Shown one piece after another: positions 1 to 10,473 of a stretch of DNA of 64,000 bases (the stretch's first letter is position 1; every line of letters begins with the position of its first letter). Source of the DNA: an uncultured delta proteobacterium (GTDB taxonomy: Bacteria > Myxococcota_A > Polyangia > Polyangiales > Polyangiaceae); contig CAVOKF010000005.1 in NCBI GenBank assembly GCA_963696385.1, positions 928,001 to 992,000 on the forward strand. The letters run 5' to 3'. The notes below the pieces were generated by a model. That model searched no databases and was not told the origin of the DNA. It saw only the letters and a program-made list of their open reading frames with translations. The translations under genes and the position numbers were made by a program.

Positions 1-504
1 TTCGGAGGCGACGCCCTCTTGCATGCACCCGTCTCCGGCCAGGCACCAAACGGTGTGGTCGAAGAGTCGAGAGTTCGCAGCGTCGAAACGGGCCGACAAC
101 ATCTTGGCCGCGATGGCGTGGCCGACCGCGTTGCCCACGCCCTGACCAAGAGGACCGGTCGTCGCTTCGATCCCCTCGGCGGTTCGGAACTCCGGATGTC
201 CCGGGGTGCGCGATCGCCACTGCCGAAACTGCCGCAGATCGTCGAGCGAAATCGGGTAGCCGCTCAAGTGCAGCCACGCATAAAGAAACATGCTTCCGTG
301 GCCGGCCGACAGGACGAAGCGATCGCGGGCGATCCATTCCGGATCCCCGGGATCGATCCGTAAGAGATCGCCGAAAAGGGCCGCTCCGATCTCGGCGTCT
401 CCCAAGGGGAGGCCGAGGTGTCCGGAGGCGGCCGCTTGAACGGCGTCCATGGCGAGGCCGCGCGCAATCGTGCACGCGGCGGCGAGCTTGTCGAAATCCG
501 GCAT
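1..504 (-). CDS. tkt: Transketolase, N-terminal part (runs off the window edge)
   Basis: Not in the ORF track. Manual translation from ATG at 504 gives [35 protein letters not shown]...[15 protein letters not shown]...TPGHPE...[10 protein letters not shown]...[12 protein letters not shown], the transketolase TPP-binding motifs. Confidence 0.95.
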   Translation of the reverse strand, partial: MPDFDKLAAACTIARGLAMDAVQAAASGHLGLPLGDAEIGAALFGDLLRIDPGDPEWIARDRFVLSAGHGSMFLYAWLHLSGYPISLDDLRQFRQWRSRTPGHPEFRTAEGIEATTGPLGQGVGNAVGHAIAAKMLSARFDAANSRLFDHTVWCLAGDGCMQEGVASE

Positions 505-586
505 GGGAGTACCCCCGGTTAAAGCACTTTTTTTTGCGTCGCGGGCGAGTGACTGCGGACCCTAGCGCCGCTCGACGAGTGTGCCG

Positions 587-1276
587 CTACTGACCCGCGC
601 AGCAATAGAAGAGCACGCCCGCGGGCGTGGGCACGGACGCGACGGCGCATTCGAGCGACGGTGCCGGGGCGGCAATGGCTGAATCGGCCGGGTCGGGGCT
701 CGTGCAGGTGAACCCGTAGGGCTGACTTTCGCCGCACAATGCACCGCCGTTCGGGATGCAGCCACCGCCGTCCGCGACGGCCAAGCCCGGGGTGGCGTCT
801 GCATCCACCGGCTCGGATCGGTCGGCGACGACGTCCGGTGCTCCGGTGCCGAGAGCCGCGTCCGGGCCGGCCGACCCCGAATCGCTCGTCGCCCCGACGA
901 CGGCGTCGGTGGCGGCCGTGTCGGCGGCCGTCGATGCGGCCTCGGCAGGCGCGCCCGTCTCGCCGGCGTCGGGTGCCGTCGTTGCCGCGTCGGGGCCGGC
1001 GCCGGCGTCGGCGGTCGGACAACCACTTGGATCCCACGCCCACGCGAACGTGGTCGTCGTACAGTCCCCGGGGCCCGATGCGCAATTCGCGGTGCCGTCC
1101 GAGTTGAAGCACCAGCCACACCCGTTTACGGGCGTGCACGTTTCACACGAGCTGAATGCGCTGCACGCGGTGACGCCTTCGGGAACTTGGGGGTAGTCGT
1201 CCCCGGACGTATCGCAGGCGGCGGTGGCGAGCGCGATCGAGCAAGCGAGCACGGCGGTGGCGAGGCCCTTCATCAT
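587..1276 (-). CDS. Cys-rich lipoprotein with a PSI/plexin-like motif and Ala/Asp-rich linker
   Basis: Signal peptide ending ATAAC; SCETCTPVNGCGWC motif; low-complexity DAG linker; Cys-rich C-terminus. Confidence 0.7.
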   Translation of the reverse strand: MMKGLATAVLACSIALATAACDTSGDDYPQVPEGVTACSAFSSCETCTPVNGCGWCFNSDGTANCASGPGDCTTTTFAWAWDPSGCPTADAGAGPDAATTAPDAGETGAPAEAASTAADTAATDAVVGATSDSGSAGPDAALGTGAPDVVADRSEPVDADATPGLAVADGGGCIPNGGALCGESQPYGFTCTSPDPADSAIAAPAPSLECAVASVPTPAGVLFYCCAGQ

Positions 1277-1352
1277 GGCGGAGCTCAATGTAGCGCACCG
1301 CGGAGGGGCCGCATCCGGGACGCTGCCACGCCCACGTGGCGGGCCGAGCCGG

Positions 1353-2417
1353 CTACGGACGCTGCCCGCGCCGGGACATGGTGAGCACGGCGCGGAAGAC
1401 GTCGGCGACGCCCTCGACGTCGAGCTTCAATTCTTGCGCCCAGGTGCGGCGTGTGCCGAGGACTTCGGCCTCGCGCGCGCCATCGAGCACGGGCGCCCCG
1501 AGCGCGGCCTTTGCCCGGGCTGCACGCTCTTGCAGCTGCGATCGCTGCGCCAGAAGATTCACGATTGCGCGGTCCACCGCGTCGATGTGCTCGCGTGTTT
1601 GCTTCAGCTCGGGCGACCCCTCTCCGAGACCGGGGATCGCGAAGCTCGTCGCGTCCGTCGGTGCCGCGTCGCCTTCCGCGGCCCGCGCGTCGAGCGCGCG
1701 GTCGATCGCGCCCAGCGCCTGGACGAGCTCTTTGCGCGCCTCCGCCGCGAAGGGGTTGTCGCGCGCGATGGCCGCGAAGAGATGACCTCCATCGGAGCGG
1801 ACGGTCTCGATCGTGCGCGACAGCGCCTGAAAACTCGGGGGTGCGAACGGCACTTCCATTCCGGCTCCCGCATCGATCATGCCCTTGGCCACGAAAAACG
1901 TGAGCGCGTGAGTGTGCGCCATGACCCGATCGTGTCCTTCGGGCGTCTGCTCGATCACTTCGCACCCAATCCGTTCGTACAGCGCACGGACTCGTGCGGC
2001 CGCCGCAGGGTGCTGGCGGGCCGGGCAGATGACGACACGCAGCGGCCGCTCGGCCAACGCCAGGCTGACCGGCCCGAACAGCGGGTGGGTGGCGCACCAC
2101 GGGATCGCGTCGCCCAACACCTCGTCGAGCGCGTTTGCGGGACGCACCTTGACGCTCCCGACGTCGAGGACGACCTGACCGGGGTCGAGGTAAGGACGAA
2201 GATCGATCAGCGCTTGTCGCATGCGCGGCACGGGGACGGCGACAACCACGAACGACGCACCCTGCGTCAGGTGCTCCAGGGACAAGACCCGAACGGAGGA
2301 CGGCACCGGCGCGATGGGATCGTACGCGCGATACGGGACCCCGGCTTCGACCAGAACTTGGCCGAGCGCGCGTCCGAAACGGCCGTAGCCGAGCAGGGCG
2401 ACATCGTCGTGCGCCAT
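1353..2417 (-). CDS. tyrA: Prephenate/arogenate dehydrogenase fused to a C-terminal chorismate mutase (AroQ-type)
   Basis: GYGRFG Rossmann motif, DVGSVK, ATHPLFGP, HDRVMA; C-terminal REHIDAVDRAIVNLLAQR...DGAREAEVL. Alternative start at 2435. Confidence 0.88.
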   Translation of the reverse strand: MAHDDVALLGYGRFGRALGQVLVEAGVPYRAYDPIAPVPSSVRVLSLEHLTQGASFVVVAVPVPRMRQALIDLRPYLDPGQVVLDVGSVKVRPANALDEVLGDAIPWCATHPLFGPVSLALAERPLRVVICPARQHPAAAARVRALYERIGCEVIEQTPEGHDRVMAHTHALTFFVAKGMIDAGAGMEVPFAPPSFQALSRTIETVRSDGGHLFAAIARDNPFAAEARKELVQALGAIDRALDARAAEGDAAPTDATSFAIPGLGEGSPELKQTREHIDAVDRAIVNLLAQRSQLQERAARAKAALGAPVLDGAREAEVLGTRRTWAQELKLDVEGVADVFRAVLTMSRRGQRP

Positions 2418-2478
2418 GGGCCGCCACTGTATCATTCGCGCGGCGTGACACCGCGACGACGCATGCGATCATGAGCTC

Positions 2479-3636
2479 GTGGCCCGACGTTTCGCCTCGA
2501 TTCCGTGGACGGCCGGGGGGATCGCACTGCTCGGGGGCATGGCTTGCCGGCCGGCGCCCCTCGATCTCTCGCCCCTTGGCCCGCCTCCGCCGACCTGTCC
2601 GGTCGGGGGCTGTCGGCCGCCGGGCGCGGCTTCGGAGCGACAGTGCCCACCCCGGGACGCCTGCTCGACCGGTGGCGGCGCCCCGTGCGGGGGCGCGCCG
2701 GCCCAGGAGTGCACCGCGAGTGCCCTTTCGGCATGGGGCGCATGGCCAGACGATTGGCCCATCGACTGCGTGGCGGCGATGCTCTCGGAAGCGTGTGAGC
2801 TCGACGACCCTCGCGCGTGCGGTTTCGCCGGTCGGATATGGATCGACGGATGCCGCGTCCCGCGTGACGTGCAGCGCGGCCTGGGCATGCTGCTTCGAGC
2901 TTGCGACCGCGGCGACGCGCCGGCCTGCGTGTTCGGTGCGCGCCGTCTCGCGGACCCTCTGAACGAGGGCGTCCAGGACGGCGCGCAGCTGCGCAGCCGA
3001 CTCGAACTGGTGGGGTCGTGCTGGAGTGGACAAGCCGACGCTTGTTATCGGGCTGGGCTGCTTTTCTACTTCGGCCGTGAAGCGTTTCCGCGAGACCGCT
3101 CCCTCGCGGCCCGCGTCTACGGGCGCGGCTGCGATCTCGGCGACTCACGGGCGTGCAACAACCTGGGCGATGCGCTCGCGTACGGTGACGGCCTGGCGCG
3201 CGATGTGGCGCGAGCCGCGGCTCTTTTCGACAAGGCGTGCCACCTCGGAGAGGCTCTCGGGTGCGCGAACCTCGGTTACATGGTCGAGCATGGCGAAGGC
3301 GTTTCGCGCGACACGTCGCGGGCCCTGAGCCTTTACCGCGACGCGTGCACGACCGGAGACGTGTACGGCTGCCTGCACTCGGAGATGATCGTCGCGGCAG
3401 CCGGGGCCTTGCGCGATCCGTCTCGAGCGCTCGCGCAGTGGGCCCAGGCGTGCGAGCGCGCGCGAGACGCACGCGCCTGCGCGTTTGTGGGCGTGATGTA
3501 CGAAGACGGACCGGACGGGCTGGCGCGCGACGAAACCAAGAGCATGCAGGCGATGTCGCGCGCGTGCGATCTGGGCGATGTACGGGCGTGCGACTGGGTC
3601 AAGTCCCACAGCGGTAGCGGCGACGACGACGAGTGA
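2479..3636 (+). CDS. Sel1-like repeat lipoprotein (Cys-paired, Hcp-like)
   Basis: Repeated KAC(D/H)LG..GC.NLG..Y..G.G...D units; signal peptide with GMAC lipobox. Confidence 0.85.
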   Translation: MARRFASIPWTAGGIALLGGMACRPAPLDLSPLGPPPPTCPVGGCRPPGAASERQCPPRDACSTGGGAPCGGAPAQECTASALSAWGAWPDDWPIDCVAAMLSEACELDDPRACGFAGRIWIDGCRVPRDVQRGLGMLLRACDRGDAPACVFGARRLADPLNEGVQDGAQLRSRLELVGSCWSGQADACYRAGLLFYFGREAFPRDRSLAARVYGRGCDLGDSRACNNLGDALAYGDGLARDVARAAALFDKACHLGEALGCANLGYMVEHGEGVSRDTSRALSLYRDACTTGDVYGCLHSEMIVAAAGALRDPSRALAQWAQACERARDARACAFVGVMYEDGPDGLARDETKSMQAMSRACDLGDVRACDWVKSHSGSGDDDE

Positions 3637-3698
3637 TCGGTCGCGGACGCATCGCCCGACAGCGTGCTTGCAAGCCGGCGCGGCGGGCGGTGCCGCGA

Positions 3699-4502
3699 TT
3701 AGCTCGGCACACGCCTCCAATGAGGCGTGGGGCTGCGTTCGATGCGCAGAAGCGCACCGTCCTCGACGGTCGCCCAGGGTTCGTCGGTGACATGTTGGGA
3801 GGCCACAAATACGGCCGTCCGCTGGTCAGACCACGGAGTTTCGTACGTGGTGCCATCGCGACTCGTGCGGCTGGGGACGACGGCGTCGCCGGGCCCGCGC
3901 TCGAGCAAGAACATCGATCGGCCGAAGCGATGGGCGTAGGTCGTGGACCCGTCCGAGAGAAGGAAGTTGAACGCTCCGAAGTCGGGCCTTTCGCGCGCGG
4001 CACGCGCTGCCGACCCGATGGCGCGGTCTGTCTCGGGCGACGCGAGCGACGCGGTCGCCCCGATCTCGTCGAGGCGCGTGAGCAGCCACGCGAAGAGAAG
4101 CTCACTATCGGTCTCACCGGAGATCTCGGCGAGCTGATGCGACGAGGTATGGGCTCGAAGCCAGGCGGTGTCTTTGACCGTTCCGTTGTGCGCGAAGACC
4201 CAGCGGCCATGCTCGAACGGATGGGTGTTCGCGAGCGTCGATTCGCCGACCGTTTTTTGTCGAACGTGCGAGATGAGGATCTCGCCGCAACTTCCGACAG
4301 CCAGTTGGTGAAACCGCTCGTCTTCCCCGGCGCACTCGACGCCCTTGTCAATCTTCCAGCAATGGGCGTGTGCGTCGAAGACGGCGATGCCCCAGCCGTC
4401 GCGGTGTTCGCGTGAGAGAGCGGCGAGCGAGCGCGGGGCCTCGCGCAAGACGACTCGAAATTCCGTGGGCTCGTTCGACGCGATGCCCAACAAACGGCAC
4501 AT
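3699..4502 (-). CDS. Class II glutamine amidotransferase (YafJ/EgtC-like Ntn hydrolase)
   Basis: Starts MCRLLG (catalytic Cys1); DGWG, NTHPF, FAHNG, GETDSE motifs. Confidence 0.9.
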   Translation of the reverse strand: MCRLLGIASNEPTEFRVVLREAPRSLAALSREHRDGWGIAVFDAHAHCWKIDKGVECAGEDERFHQLAVGSCGEILISHVRQKTVGESTLANTHPFEHGRWVFAHNGTVKDTAWLRAHTSSHQLAEISGETDSELLFAWLLTRLDEIGATASLASPETDRAIGSAARAARERPDFGAFNFLLSDGSTTYAHRFGRSMFLLERGPGDAVVPSRTSRDGTTYETPWSDQRTAVFVASQHVTDEPWATVEDGALLRIERSPTPHWRRVPS

Positions 4503-4671
4503 GCTTACTGCAGCATAGCGCCATTCGGCCTTCGGTGGGATGGCGGCATCGTTTCCGGAAAGGACATGGCCTTCACCGGCGACAACTCGCGGCTCGCTCC
4601 CAGCAGGCCCGCGACGCACGCTCTCTTTGGAGTCTTGCCCCCGCCTTTTACGAGGGCTACGTCTGATTGCC

Positions 4672-7386
4672 ATGTCCGACACATCCGGCGCCAAGTCCAC
4701 TCTGTCCGTCGGTGCATCCAAGTTTTCCTATTTTCGACTCGCCTCCGTGTATGCCAAACACCCGCAAGCGGAACGGTTGCCGTTTTCGCTCAAGATTCTG
4801 CTCGAGAACCTGCTACGCACCGAGAACGGCGTCTCCGTTCGCGCCGAGGACATCGAAGCGCTCGCCACCGTCGATTTGAAGGCTCAGCCCGCCCGCGAAA
4901 TCGCGTTCACGCCCGCGCGGGTTCTGCTTCAGGACTTCACGGGCGTGCCGGCGGTCGTGGATCTGGCGGCCATGCGCGACGCGATGAAGCAGCTCGGGGG
5001 CGACCCGAAACGGATCAATCCATTGCAGCCTGTGGAGCTCGTCATCGATCACTCGGTGCAGGTCGACGCTTTCGGATCGAGCCAAGCCTTCGCGCTGAAC
5101 GCGCAGCTCGAGTTTGCGCGGAACAAGGAGCGTTACCAATTCTTGAAATGGGGGCAGAGCGCATTCCGCAACTTCAAAGTCGTCCCCCCGGACACGGGAA
5201 TCGTCCACCAAGTCAACCTCGAGTACCTCGCACGCGTCGTCATGAAGAGCGAGGACGGCACGACCGTCTATCCGGATACCCTGGTCGGCACCGACTCCCA
5301 CACGACCATGATCAACGGCCTGGGTGTTCTCGGCTGGGGTGTCGGCGGCATCGAGGCCGAGGCGGCCATGCTGGGCCAGCCCGTGTCGATGCTCATCCCG
5401 CAAGTAGTGGGGGTGAGGCTCACCGGGGCTTTGCCCGAAGGGGCGACCGCCACGGACCTGGTTCTCACCGTGACCGAGGTGCTGAGAAAGAAGGGTGTCG
5501 TCGGCAAGTTCGTGGAGTTCTTCGGCGACGGGCTCGCCCAGCTGTCGCTCGCCGATCGAAGCACGATCGCGAACATGGCCCCCGAGTACGGCGCGACGTG
5601 CGGCATCTTTCCGGTCGACGCCGAGACGCTTCGGTACCTGCGATTCACAGGCCGCGACGAGGCACACATCAAGCTCGTCGAGGCGTACTTCAAAGAGCAG
5701 GGGCTCTTCGTCGCGCCGGCGGCGAAGGATGCCGTGTACTCGGAAGCGATCGAGATCGACCTCGCGTCGATCGTTGCGAGCCTCGCCGGACCCACGCGCC
5801 CTCAGGACCGCGTCAAGCTCACCGAGTCGAAGGCGAGCTTCCGCGCCTCGCTCGAGAAGATGCTCGCCAAGGTGCCGAAGGCAGGTGCGGGGGACGCGAA
5901 GGGCGCCGCGGCCATCAACGGCGCGAGCACCGAGCTCGGGCACGGAGCGGTGGTCATCGCCGCGATCACGAGCTGCACGAATACATCGAACCCGAGCGTT
6001 CTCGTGGCGGCCGGTCTGCTTGCCAAGAAGGCCATCGAAAAGGGCCTTGCCCGAAAGCCGTGGGTGAAGACCAGCCTCGCGCCCGGATCGAAGGTCGTCA
6101 CCGAGTACCTCGTGAAGGCCGGTCTGGCCACGTACCTCGATCGCCTCGGTTTCCAGACCGTGGGCTACGGATGCACGACGTGCATCGGCAACAGCGGCCC
6201 GCTTCCCGAAGCCGTGTCCAAAGCGATCGAGCAAGGGGGGCTCGTTGCGGCCGCCGTGCTGAGCGGCAACCGCAATTTCGAAGGGCGCATTCATGCGGAG
6301 GTCCGCGCCAACTACCTGGCATCCCCACCGCTCGTCGTCGCGTACGCGATCGCCGGCACGGTCGACTTCGATCCGTACCGCGAGCCGCTCGGCACAGGGA
6401 CCGACGGCCAGCCGGTGTTTCTCAAAGACGTGTGGCCGTCGCGCGCCGAGGTTCAGGCGGCCATCGATCAGTCTATCGACCGAGCGATGTTCGAGCGCGT
6501 ATACGGACGGGTCTTCGACGGCGACGCATCCTGGCAGAAGCTACCGGTGTCGACTGGAGATCTGTACGCCTGGGATCCGCAGTCGACGTACGTGAAGAAC
6601 CCTCCCTACTTCGCCGGGATGACGCGCGATCCGGCACCCGTCGCCGATCTGGTCAGCGCCCGTGTCCTCGCCGTGCTGGGCGACAGCATCACGACCGATC
6701 ACATCTCGCCGGCCGGTTCGATCAAAAAGAGCGGTCCGGCGGGCCAGTACCTTCTTGAACGCGGGGTCGACGTCAAGGACTTCAACTCCTACGGGTCGCG
6801 GCGCGGCAACGACGAAGTCATGGTGCGCGGGACGTTTGCGAACGTGCGCTTGCGCAACCTCTTGGCGCCGGGAACCGAGGGCGGGGTGACGACCTACCTT
6901 GGTCCATCGAAGAGCAACGGAGTGAGTGTCGACACCCCGAGCGTCGTCAGCATTTTCGATGCGGCGATGCGATACGCGAAAGACGGCATTTCCCTCGTGA
7001 TTCTCGCCGGCAAGGAGTACGGCTCGGGTTCTTCGCGCGACTGGGCAGCAAAAGGCACCAAGCTGCTCGGCGTGCGCGCCGTCATCGCCGAGAGCTTCGA
7101 GCGCATCCATCGCAGTAACCTCGTCGGCATGGGGATCCTGCCGCTGGAGTTCGCATCGGGCGATACCGTGGCGTCACTCGGGCTCACCGGCCGCGAGACG
7201 TTCTCGATTTCCGGGGTCGAGCAGGCCATCGCGACGCGACGCGCGACGGTTCGGGTCCGACGTGCCGATGGGACACTGTTCGAGTTCTCCACCACGCTGC
7301 GAATCGACACGCCCCAAGAACGCGAATACTACCGGCACGGAGGTATCCTTCCGTACGTGCTCCGACAGCTCTTGAAATCGTCGTAG
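4672..7386 (+). CDS. acnA: Aconitate hydratase A
   Basis: [52 protein letters not shown] motifs. Confidence 0.98.
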   Translation: MSDTSGAKSTLSVGASKFSYFRLASVYAKHPQAERLPFSLKILLENLLRTENGVSVRAEDIEALATVDLKAQPAREIAFTPARVLLQDFTGVPAVVDLAAMRDAMKQLGGDPKRINPLQPVELVIDHSVQVDAFGSSQAFALNAQLEFARNKERYQFLKWGQSAFRNFKVVPPDTGIVHQVNLEYLARVVMKSEDGTTVYPDTLVGTDSHTTMINGLGVLGWGVGGIEAEAAMLGQPVSMLIPQVVGVRLTGALPEGATATDLVLTVTEVLRKKGVVGKFVEFFGDGLAQLSLADRSTIANMAPEYGATCGIFPVDAETLRYLRFTGRDEAHIKLVEAYFKEQGLFVAPAAKDAVYSEAIEIDLASIVASLAGPTRPQDRVKLTESKASFRASLEKMLAKVPKAGAGDAKGAAAINGASTELGHGAVVIAAITSCTNTSNPSVLVAAGLLAKKAIEKGLARKPWVKTSLAPGSKVVTEYLVKAGLATYLDRLGFQTVGYGCTTCIGNSGPLPEAVSKAIEQGGLVAAAVLSGNRNFEGRIHAEVRANYLASPPLVVAYAIAGTVDFDPYREPLGTGTDGQPVFLKDVWPSRAEVQAAIDQSIDRAMFERVYGRVFDGDASWQKLPVSTGDLYAWDPQSTYVKNPPYFAGMTRDPAPVADLVSARVLAVLGDSITTDHISPAGSIKKSGPAGQYLLERGVDVKDFNSYGSRRGNDEVMVRGTFANVRLRNLLAPGTEGGVTTYLGPSKSNGVSVDTPSVVSIFDAAMRYAKDGISLVILAGKEYGSGSSRDWAAKGTKLLGVRAVIAESFERIHRSNLVGMGILPLEFASGDTVASLGLTGRETFSISGVEQAIATRRATVRVRRADGTLFEFSTTLRIDTPQEREYYRHGGILPYVLRQLLKSS

Positions 7387-7412
7387 CGGCGCGGTTGCCC
7401 GCGCCACGCGCG

Positions 7413-8498
7413 TCAGTTGCAGCCGATTCGGCCCGTCGCGGAGAGCGCGACGTCGTCGATCCAGAGGGTCATGAGGGGGCCGCTGAAGACAATCCAAGCA
7501 AAGCCGAGGCTGTCGAAGGTAAACGCTGGAAGTGTCGGGAGGCCCGCTTCCCACTGGTCGGTGACCATCGAGACCCCCGGCGGAAACGTCAGTCCGGTCA
7601 CTGGTTGCGACCCGACCCAGGTCTCGATGGACTTCGATGCGCCGGACGTATGGAACTCGACACACGTCCACGTAGAGGCCATAGGGTAGGTCGACTGCGC
7701 ACCGCCGCTAGTATTCTTGTCGGGCAACACATGACTGTCATCGGTCTGCCACATGAACACGTTCGTGGCATTTCCGGCCCCCTCGGAGGCGAGTTGCAGG
7801 AAGCTGCTTTGATCGCTGGAGGTAATGCCGCCGTCGCCGTCGGCCGAGAAGGCTAGTGTCATCAGGACGCTGTGGTCGAACGTCATGCTCGTGCTCGTCA
7901 GACGGAGGTAAAAGCGACCATAGACGTCGGTGGCGCTCGCGAGGTTCGAGAATGCGCTGCGACTGAGCATCACGGGTCCGCAGGAATCGCCGCCCGTGAT
8001 CTTCACGGAGTTCGGTGGGCTATGCGAAAACGCGTTGTCGACGACCACGGGATACTGCACCGCGCCTTGCCCGCTGCATCCCTGTGTCCCCACGACGGTC
8101 CAGACGCTTGCGGCCGGCACGCTGTTGACGGTGTCGGTGTCGAAGTCGTCGCAAAACGCGAGACCGCCGCTGCAGCCCAGGCCAGCGCTGGCGTCGCCGC
8201 CCCCCGAGTCCGCCGTCGTAGCGCCGCTGTCGGGTCCGTGTCCATTCGACTGCCCGCTCGCCGCGCTCGACCCCGTCGATGACGTGGAGCTCATCGCTCC
8301 CGCCCCGCTGTCGGGCACTGGGAGACTCGACCCCGAGCTGCCGCCGGTCAAGCCGGAGGCGATGCTGGCCGTCGACGACGTGGAGCTCATCGCTCCCGCC
8401 CCGCTGTCGGCGGCTCCCGGGGGGGGACCTGCGCTCGACGAGGTGCAGGCGTGAAGAAGAACAAGCGAGCCGTAAAACGCGACTCTGATTTGCGCCAT
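7413..8498 (-). CDS. Secreted lipoprotein with Ser/Gly-rich linker and concanavalin/Cip1-like beta-sandwich domain
   Basis: LLHAC lipobox; FCDDFD...YGRFYL...WTCVEF...LWIDDVALS..RIGC pattern. Confidence 0.7.
   Translation of the reverse strand: MAQIRVAFYGSLVLLHACTSSSAGPPPGAADSGAGAMSSTSSTASIASGLTGGSSGSSLPVPDSGAGAMSSTSSTGSSAASGQSNGHGPDSGATTADSGGGDASAGLGCSGGLAFCDDFDTDTVNSVPAASVWTVVGTQGCSGQGAVQYPVVVDNAFSHSPPNSVKITGGDSCGPVMLSRSAFSNLASATDVYGRFYLRLTSTSMTFDHSVLMTLAFSADGDGGITSSDQSSFLQLASEGAGNATNVFMWQTDDSHVLPDKNTSGGAQSTYPMASTWTCVEFHTSGASKSIETWVGSQPVTGLTFPPGVSMVTDQWEAGLPTLPAFTFDSLGFAWIVFSGPLMTLWIDDVALSATGRIGCN
8281..8410. repeat. Intragenic 34-nt direct repeat, two copies 96 nt apart
   Basis: GACGTGGAGCTCATCGCTCCCGCCCCGCTGTCGG at 8281-8314 and 8377-8410; encodes DSGAGAMSSTS twice. 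Confidence 0.9.
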
Positions 8499-8529
8499 GA
8501 TGGATGATGGAGCCCGGATCGATCGTCCG

Positions 8530-9204
8530 TCAAATCCCCGGTGGAGGCCGCGAACTCAGGGTGGACCTTTCGCCACCCTCGCCGCCGCCGAGCCGCAAGA
8601 ATTGTCCGGAGATCGGGTCGTAATCGAACACGTCGCCGGTCGCGATGCGAAAGACCCAACCGCTCATCTTGAGCCGTCCGGCGTCGAGCCGGCGCGCGAC
8701 GAAGTCGAACGATCGCAGGTTTTCGAGCTGCACGAGCACATTTTCCTGCACCGCGGCGGTCATGCGCGCCTCGCCCTCGAGGTGGCCGTATCGTTCTTCA
8801 ATGAGCTTCGGGATACGCGACGATTCGGCCAGCCACCGCGAGACGAACCGCAGATGGCCGACGCGATGGGGGTTGAGGATCGCATCGATGGCGCCACAGT
8901 TGGCGTGGCCGCAGACGATGACGTGGTCCACTTCGAGCACCTCGACCGCGTACTCGATGGCCGCCGAGACGCCGCCCAGAACGCCTCGTTCCACGGAGGG
9001 GACGATGTTGCCGACGTTGCGCACGATGAAGAGGTCACCCGGCGCCGCGCTGGTGATGAGGGTCGGCACGACGCGCGAATCGCAGCACGTGATGAAGAGC
9101 GTCTCGGGGCGCTGCCCCGTCTCGGAGAGACGTTCGAAGAGCCTGCGGTTCGAAGCAAAGTAGTTGGCCTGAAACTGATGGATCCCGGCTTCGAGCTTCT
9201 GCAC
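8530..9204 (-). CDS. Beta-class carbonic anhydrase
   Basis: ITCCDSR, RNVGN and GHANCGA zinc-ligand motifs. Confidence 0.95.
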   Translation of the reverse strand: MQKLEAGIHQFQANYFASNRRLFERLSETGQRPETLFITCCDSRVVPTLITSAAPGDLFIVRNVGNIVPSVERGVLGGVSAAIEYAVEVLEVDHVIVCGHANCGAIDAILNPHRVGHLRFVSRWLAESSRIPKLIEERYGHLEGEARMTAAVQENVLVQLENLRSFDFVARRLDAGRLKMSGWVFRIATGDVFDYDPISGQFLRLGGGEGGERSTLSSRPPPGI

Positions 9205-9315
9205 GGGCCGACTCTACCCGACCCTATGCCCGCAACGAAACAGGCCTGCGCGGTCGGCTGGGGCGGGGGCGCACCTTCCGAAGCGACCCGACTCGAAGGT
9301 TCGTGATGACGCCCT

Positions 9316-10473
9316 CTATACTAGGCTCCGCACGATGTCCGCGGTGTAGATGGCGCTTGGAATCACTTCGCATTCCGCCCAGCACCCCGGGCACGCGTCC
9401 ACCCACTCCCGCGCGCTGTCGGCTTGAGGGGAGCGCCAAACGTCGGCAAAAGCATCGGTGCTGAGGTTGCCGACGGTCTCGGTGTTGAATTGGCAGACAG
9501 GGACTCGGCCATCGGGCAGCAGACGCAAGTGGCTGCGAAGCGCGACGCAGCGCGGGTGCGGCTTCGGGTCCGTATCGCCTCGGAGGCGTGCGAGCAGGCC
9601 GCGCAGATAGTACCGCTTGCCGACGCGCTCTCGGAGACGCAAGCGTTCGGCGGCTACGAGTTCGCGTTCGACGAAGCCGACGACGTCGGCGCCCTGCAGG
9701 GCGGGGTGCAGCGGGTAGCCGTTGCGCACGATCAAGTGTTCGGCACGCTTGCCGCGAAGCTTGATCGAGTACATGGCTGAATCCGAGTACGCGAGAACGG
9801 AGTGGACGTCGACGCCGAGCGGTTCGACCGCGCGGCGGATGGCGGCGTTGTCGTCCATCGACTGCTTCGAGATGACCGTGTGGTTGACGGACACGCGCAC
9901 GCCCTGGGCGACGAGCACGCGCACGGTGTCGATCGCCCGGTCAAACGTCACGTCTTGGCCGCGGTTTTCGTCGTGCTCTGGGGGCATGCCATCGAGCGAC
10001 ACCATGAACGCCAGCCGGTCGATTTCGTGGATCTCGCCGAGTGCGTCGACGAACCGAGCGACCCGATCGGGAAACGATCCGTTGGTGGTGACGTGCAGCA
10101 CCATGGGCGCTGCGTGTTCAACGACGGCTCGCGCCACGTCGACCAGGTCTTCGCGGAGAAACGGCTCTCCCCCCGTGAGACGGACGACGTCGAGCTTGCC
10201 GATCTTGGCGAACAGGTCGGCGATCTGCTTGGCCGTGAGCTCGCGGCCGGGCTTCACTCGCCACGAATCGCACATCTTGCAGCGGGCGTTGCAGCGGTAC
10301 GTGACGAGAAATGTGCACCACGACGGCCGCGGGGGTGTGCTCCCCGTCCGGTTGTCGAGCACGGTCAGAGCGTAGCGGGCAGCTTGCGGCAGTCGGCGCA
10401 GGCTCGGCGGTTCGGGGGCTTCGAGCACCGGCGGCGGCAGGGTGCCCGCGAAGCCCGTCATGCCGGCCTCCAT
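9316..10473 (-). CDS. Radical SAM protein with SPASM/twitch domain
   Basis: CNARCKMC, TGGEP, TTNG; C-terminal C..LLPDGRVPVC...CPGCWAEC. Confidence 0.92.
   Translation of the reverse strand: MEAGMTGFAGTLPPPVLEAPEPPSLRRLPQAARYALTVLDNRTGSTPPRPSWCTFLVTYRCNARCKMCDSWRVKPGRELTAKQIADLFAKIGKLDVVRLTGGEPFLREDLVDVARAVVEHAAPMVLHVTTNGSFPDRVARFVDALGEIHEIDRLAFMVSLDGMPPEHDENRGQDVTFDRAIDTVRVLVAQGVRVSVNHTVISKQSMDDNAAIRRAVEPLGVDVHSVLAYSDSAMYSIKLRGKRAEHLIVRNGYPLHPALQGADVVGFVERELVAAERLRLRERVGKRYYLRGLLARLRGDTDPKPHPRCVALRSHLRLLPDGRVPVCQFNTETVGNLSTDAFADVWRSPQADSAREWVDACPGCWAECEVIPSAIYTADIVRSLV

Noticed and set aside
19..363. 114-aa plus-strand ORF
   Set aside because: Antisense shadow of transketolase, which has clear motifs on the minus strand.
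1285..3033. 582-aa minus-strand ORF and similar Arg/Pro-rich ORFs
   Set aside because: Alternative-frame products of high-GC DNA overlapping tyrA and the Sel1 gene; no motifs.
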